Shown here: positions 63,285 to 64,000 of the stretch, in pieces | Layout: each line of letters begins with the position of its first letter | Position numbering within the stretch: the stretch's first letter is position 1 | NCBI GenBank assembly: GCA_027064425.1 | Contig: JAMOPO010000015.1 | Coordinates: 96,001 to 160,000 of the forward strand | From: Methanobacteriota archaeon | GTDB taxonomy: Archaea > JAADCQ01 > Methanopyri > Methanopyrales > Methanopyraceae | Reading direction: 5' to 3' | Length of the DNA stretch: 64,000 nt | Made by a program: the position numbers and the translations under genes | Notes under the pieces: generated by a model | What the model was told of the DNA's origin: nothing | Seen by the model: only the letters and a program-made list of their open reading frames with translations | Database searches by the model: none

Positions 63285-64000
63285 TCCTGGCCGAGAAGCC
63301 GAGCCTGGCCGCCACGATCACCGGCTTTCTCGGCGGAAAGTGGAGAGGCCGACGACTGCTGGGGTACGCTCACTACCGCGGCCGCCGGTTCGTCGTCACC
63401 AGCCTCTCCGGCCACGTGCTGGAGTGGTGGCCCAAGAACGACCCCGGCTTCAACCACCCCGACTACTTCCCGGACCCGGAGGAGTTCGAGGTCCGACCGC
63501 TCGAGGAGAAGAGGAAGTTCCTGCGGGCGGTCGAGTACGCCGTCTCGCGGTACGCCGGCGGGCGGGCGGACCGGGTGATCGTGGCGACCGACAACGACCC
63601 GGAGGGCGAGCTGATCGGGTGGGAAGTTCTCGTCTGGCTGCGAAAGCGCGGGAAGCTCGATGAACCCGAGCGGGCCCGACGCATGCGGTTCTCCGCTTAC
63701 ACCAAGCGGGACATCCTGAGAGCCCTCGAGGAGGCCCTACGAGGCGAGCGCGTGAATCCGAGCATGGCCTACTCCGCCCTTGCTCGCACCATCGCCGACT
63801 GGCTCTACGGGATCCCGCTGACCCGAAAGCTCTCCCAGGGCAGCGATGGGATCATCTCCGTGGGCCGGGTCCAAACGCCGACACTCAAGCTGGTGGTCAA
63901 GCGGGAGCGAGAGCGCGAGGAGGCCAAGAAGAAGCGTCGCCACTACTGGGTGCTCGTCGCGGACACTCCCGCCTGCCGGCTGAGGACGGAGGAGAAGATC
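63278..64000 (+). CDS. topA: Type IA DNA topoisomerase, N-terminal part (runs off window end)
   Basis: Manual translation: ILAEKPS, SGHV, ATDNDPEGELIG, RMRFS, DWLYG, SVGRVQTPTL. Confidence 0.92.
   Translation, partial: MVILAEKPSLAATITGFLGGKWRGRRLLGYAHYRGRRFVVTSLSGHVLEWWPKNDPGFNHPDYFPDPEEFEVRPLEEKRKFLRAVEYAVSRYAGGRADRVIVATDNDPEGELIGWEVLVWLRKRGKLDEPERARRMRFSAYTKRDILRALEEALRGERVNPSMAYSALARTIADWLYGIPLTRKLSQGSDGIISVGRVQTPTLKLVVKREREREEAKKKRRHYWVLVADTPACRLRTEEKI

Overview
GC-rich, gene-dense archaeal chromosome segment, most likely from a Methanopyrus-like hyperthermophilic methanogen. This is inferred from methanogen cofactor genes (mfnB, cfbE), a tRNA-Tyr gene with C at position 8, many TTG/GTG starts, very acidic proteins and scrambled operons. 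Most of the window is housekeeping: translation, PolD small subunit, hydrogenase maturation, tetrapyrrole and purine genes, two m5C RNA methyltransferases and several box C/D guide RNAs. The items that stand out are: (1) an EF-G-like translational GTPase fused to a YqgF/Tex-type RNase H-fold domain (24980-27217); (2) a palindrome, ATCGTTA-N9-TAACGAT, in four intergenic regions, three of them right after highly expressed genes; (3) an accessory region (~15.7-21.9 kb) where a PrsW-type intramembrane protease sits among secreted proteins sharing a Pro-rich/Arg C-terminal tail, a possible protein-sorting system; (4) a gene-orientation-independent C-to-G strand-bias switch across that region; (5) an RCK-gated K+ channel homolog with a non-canonical filter. 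All calls come from reading motifs by eye; no database searches were run.
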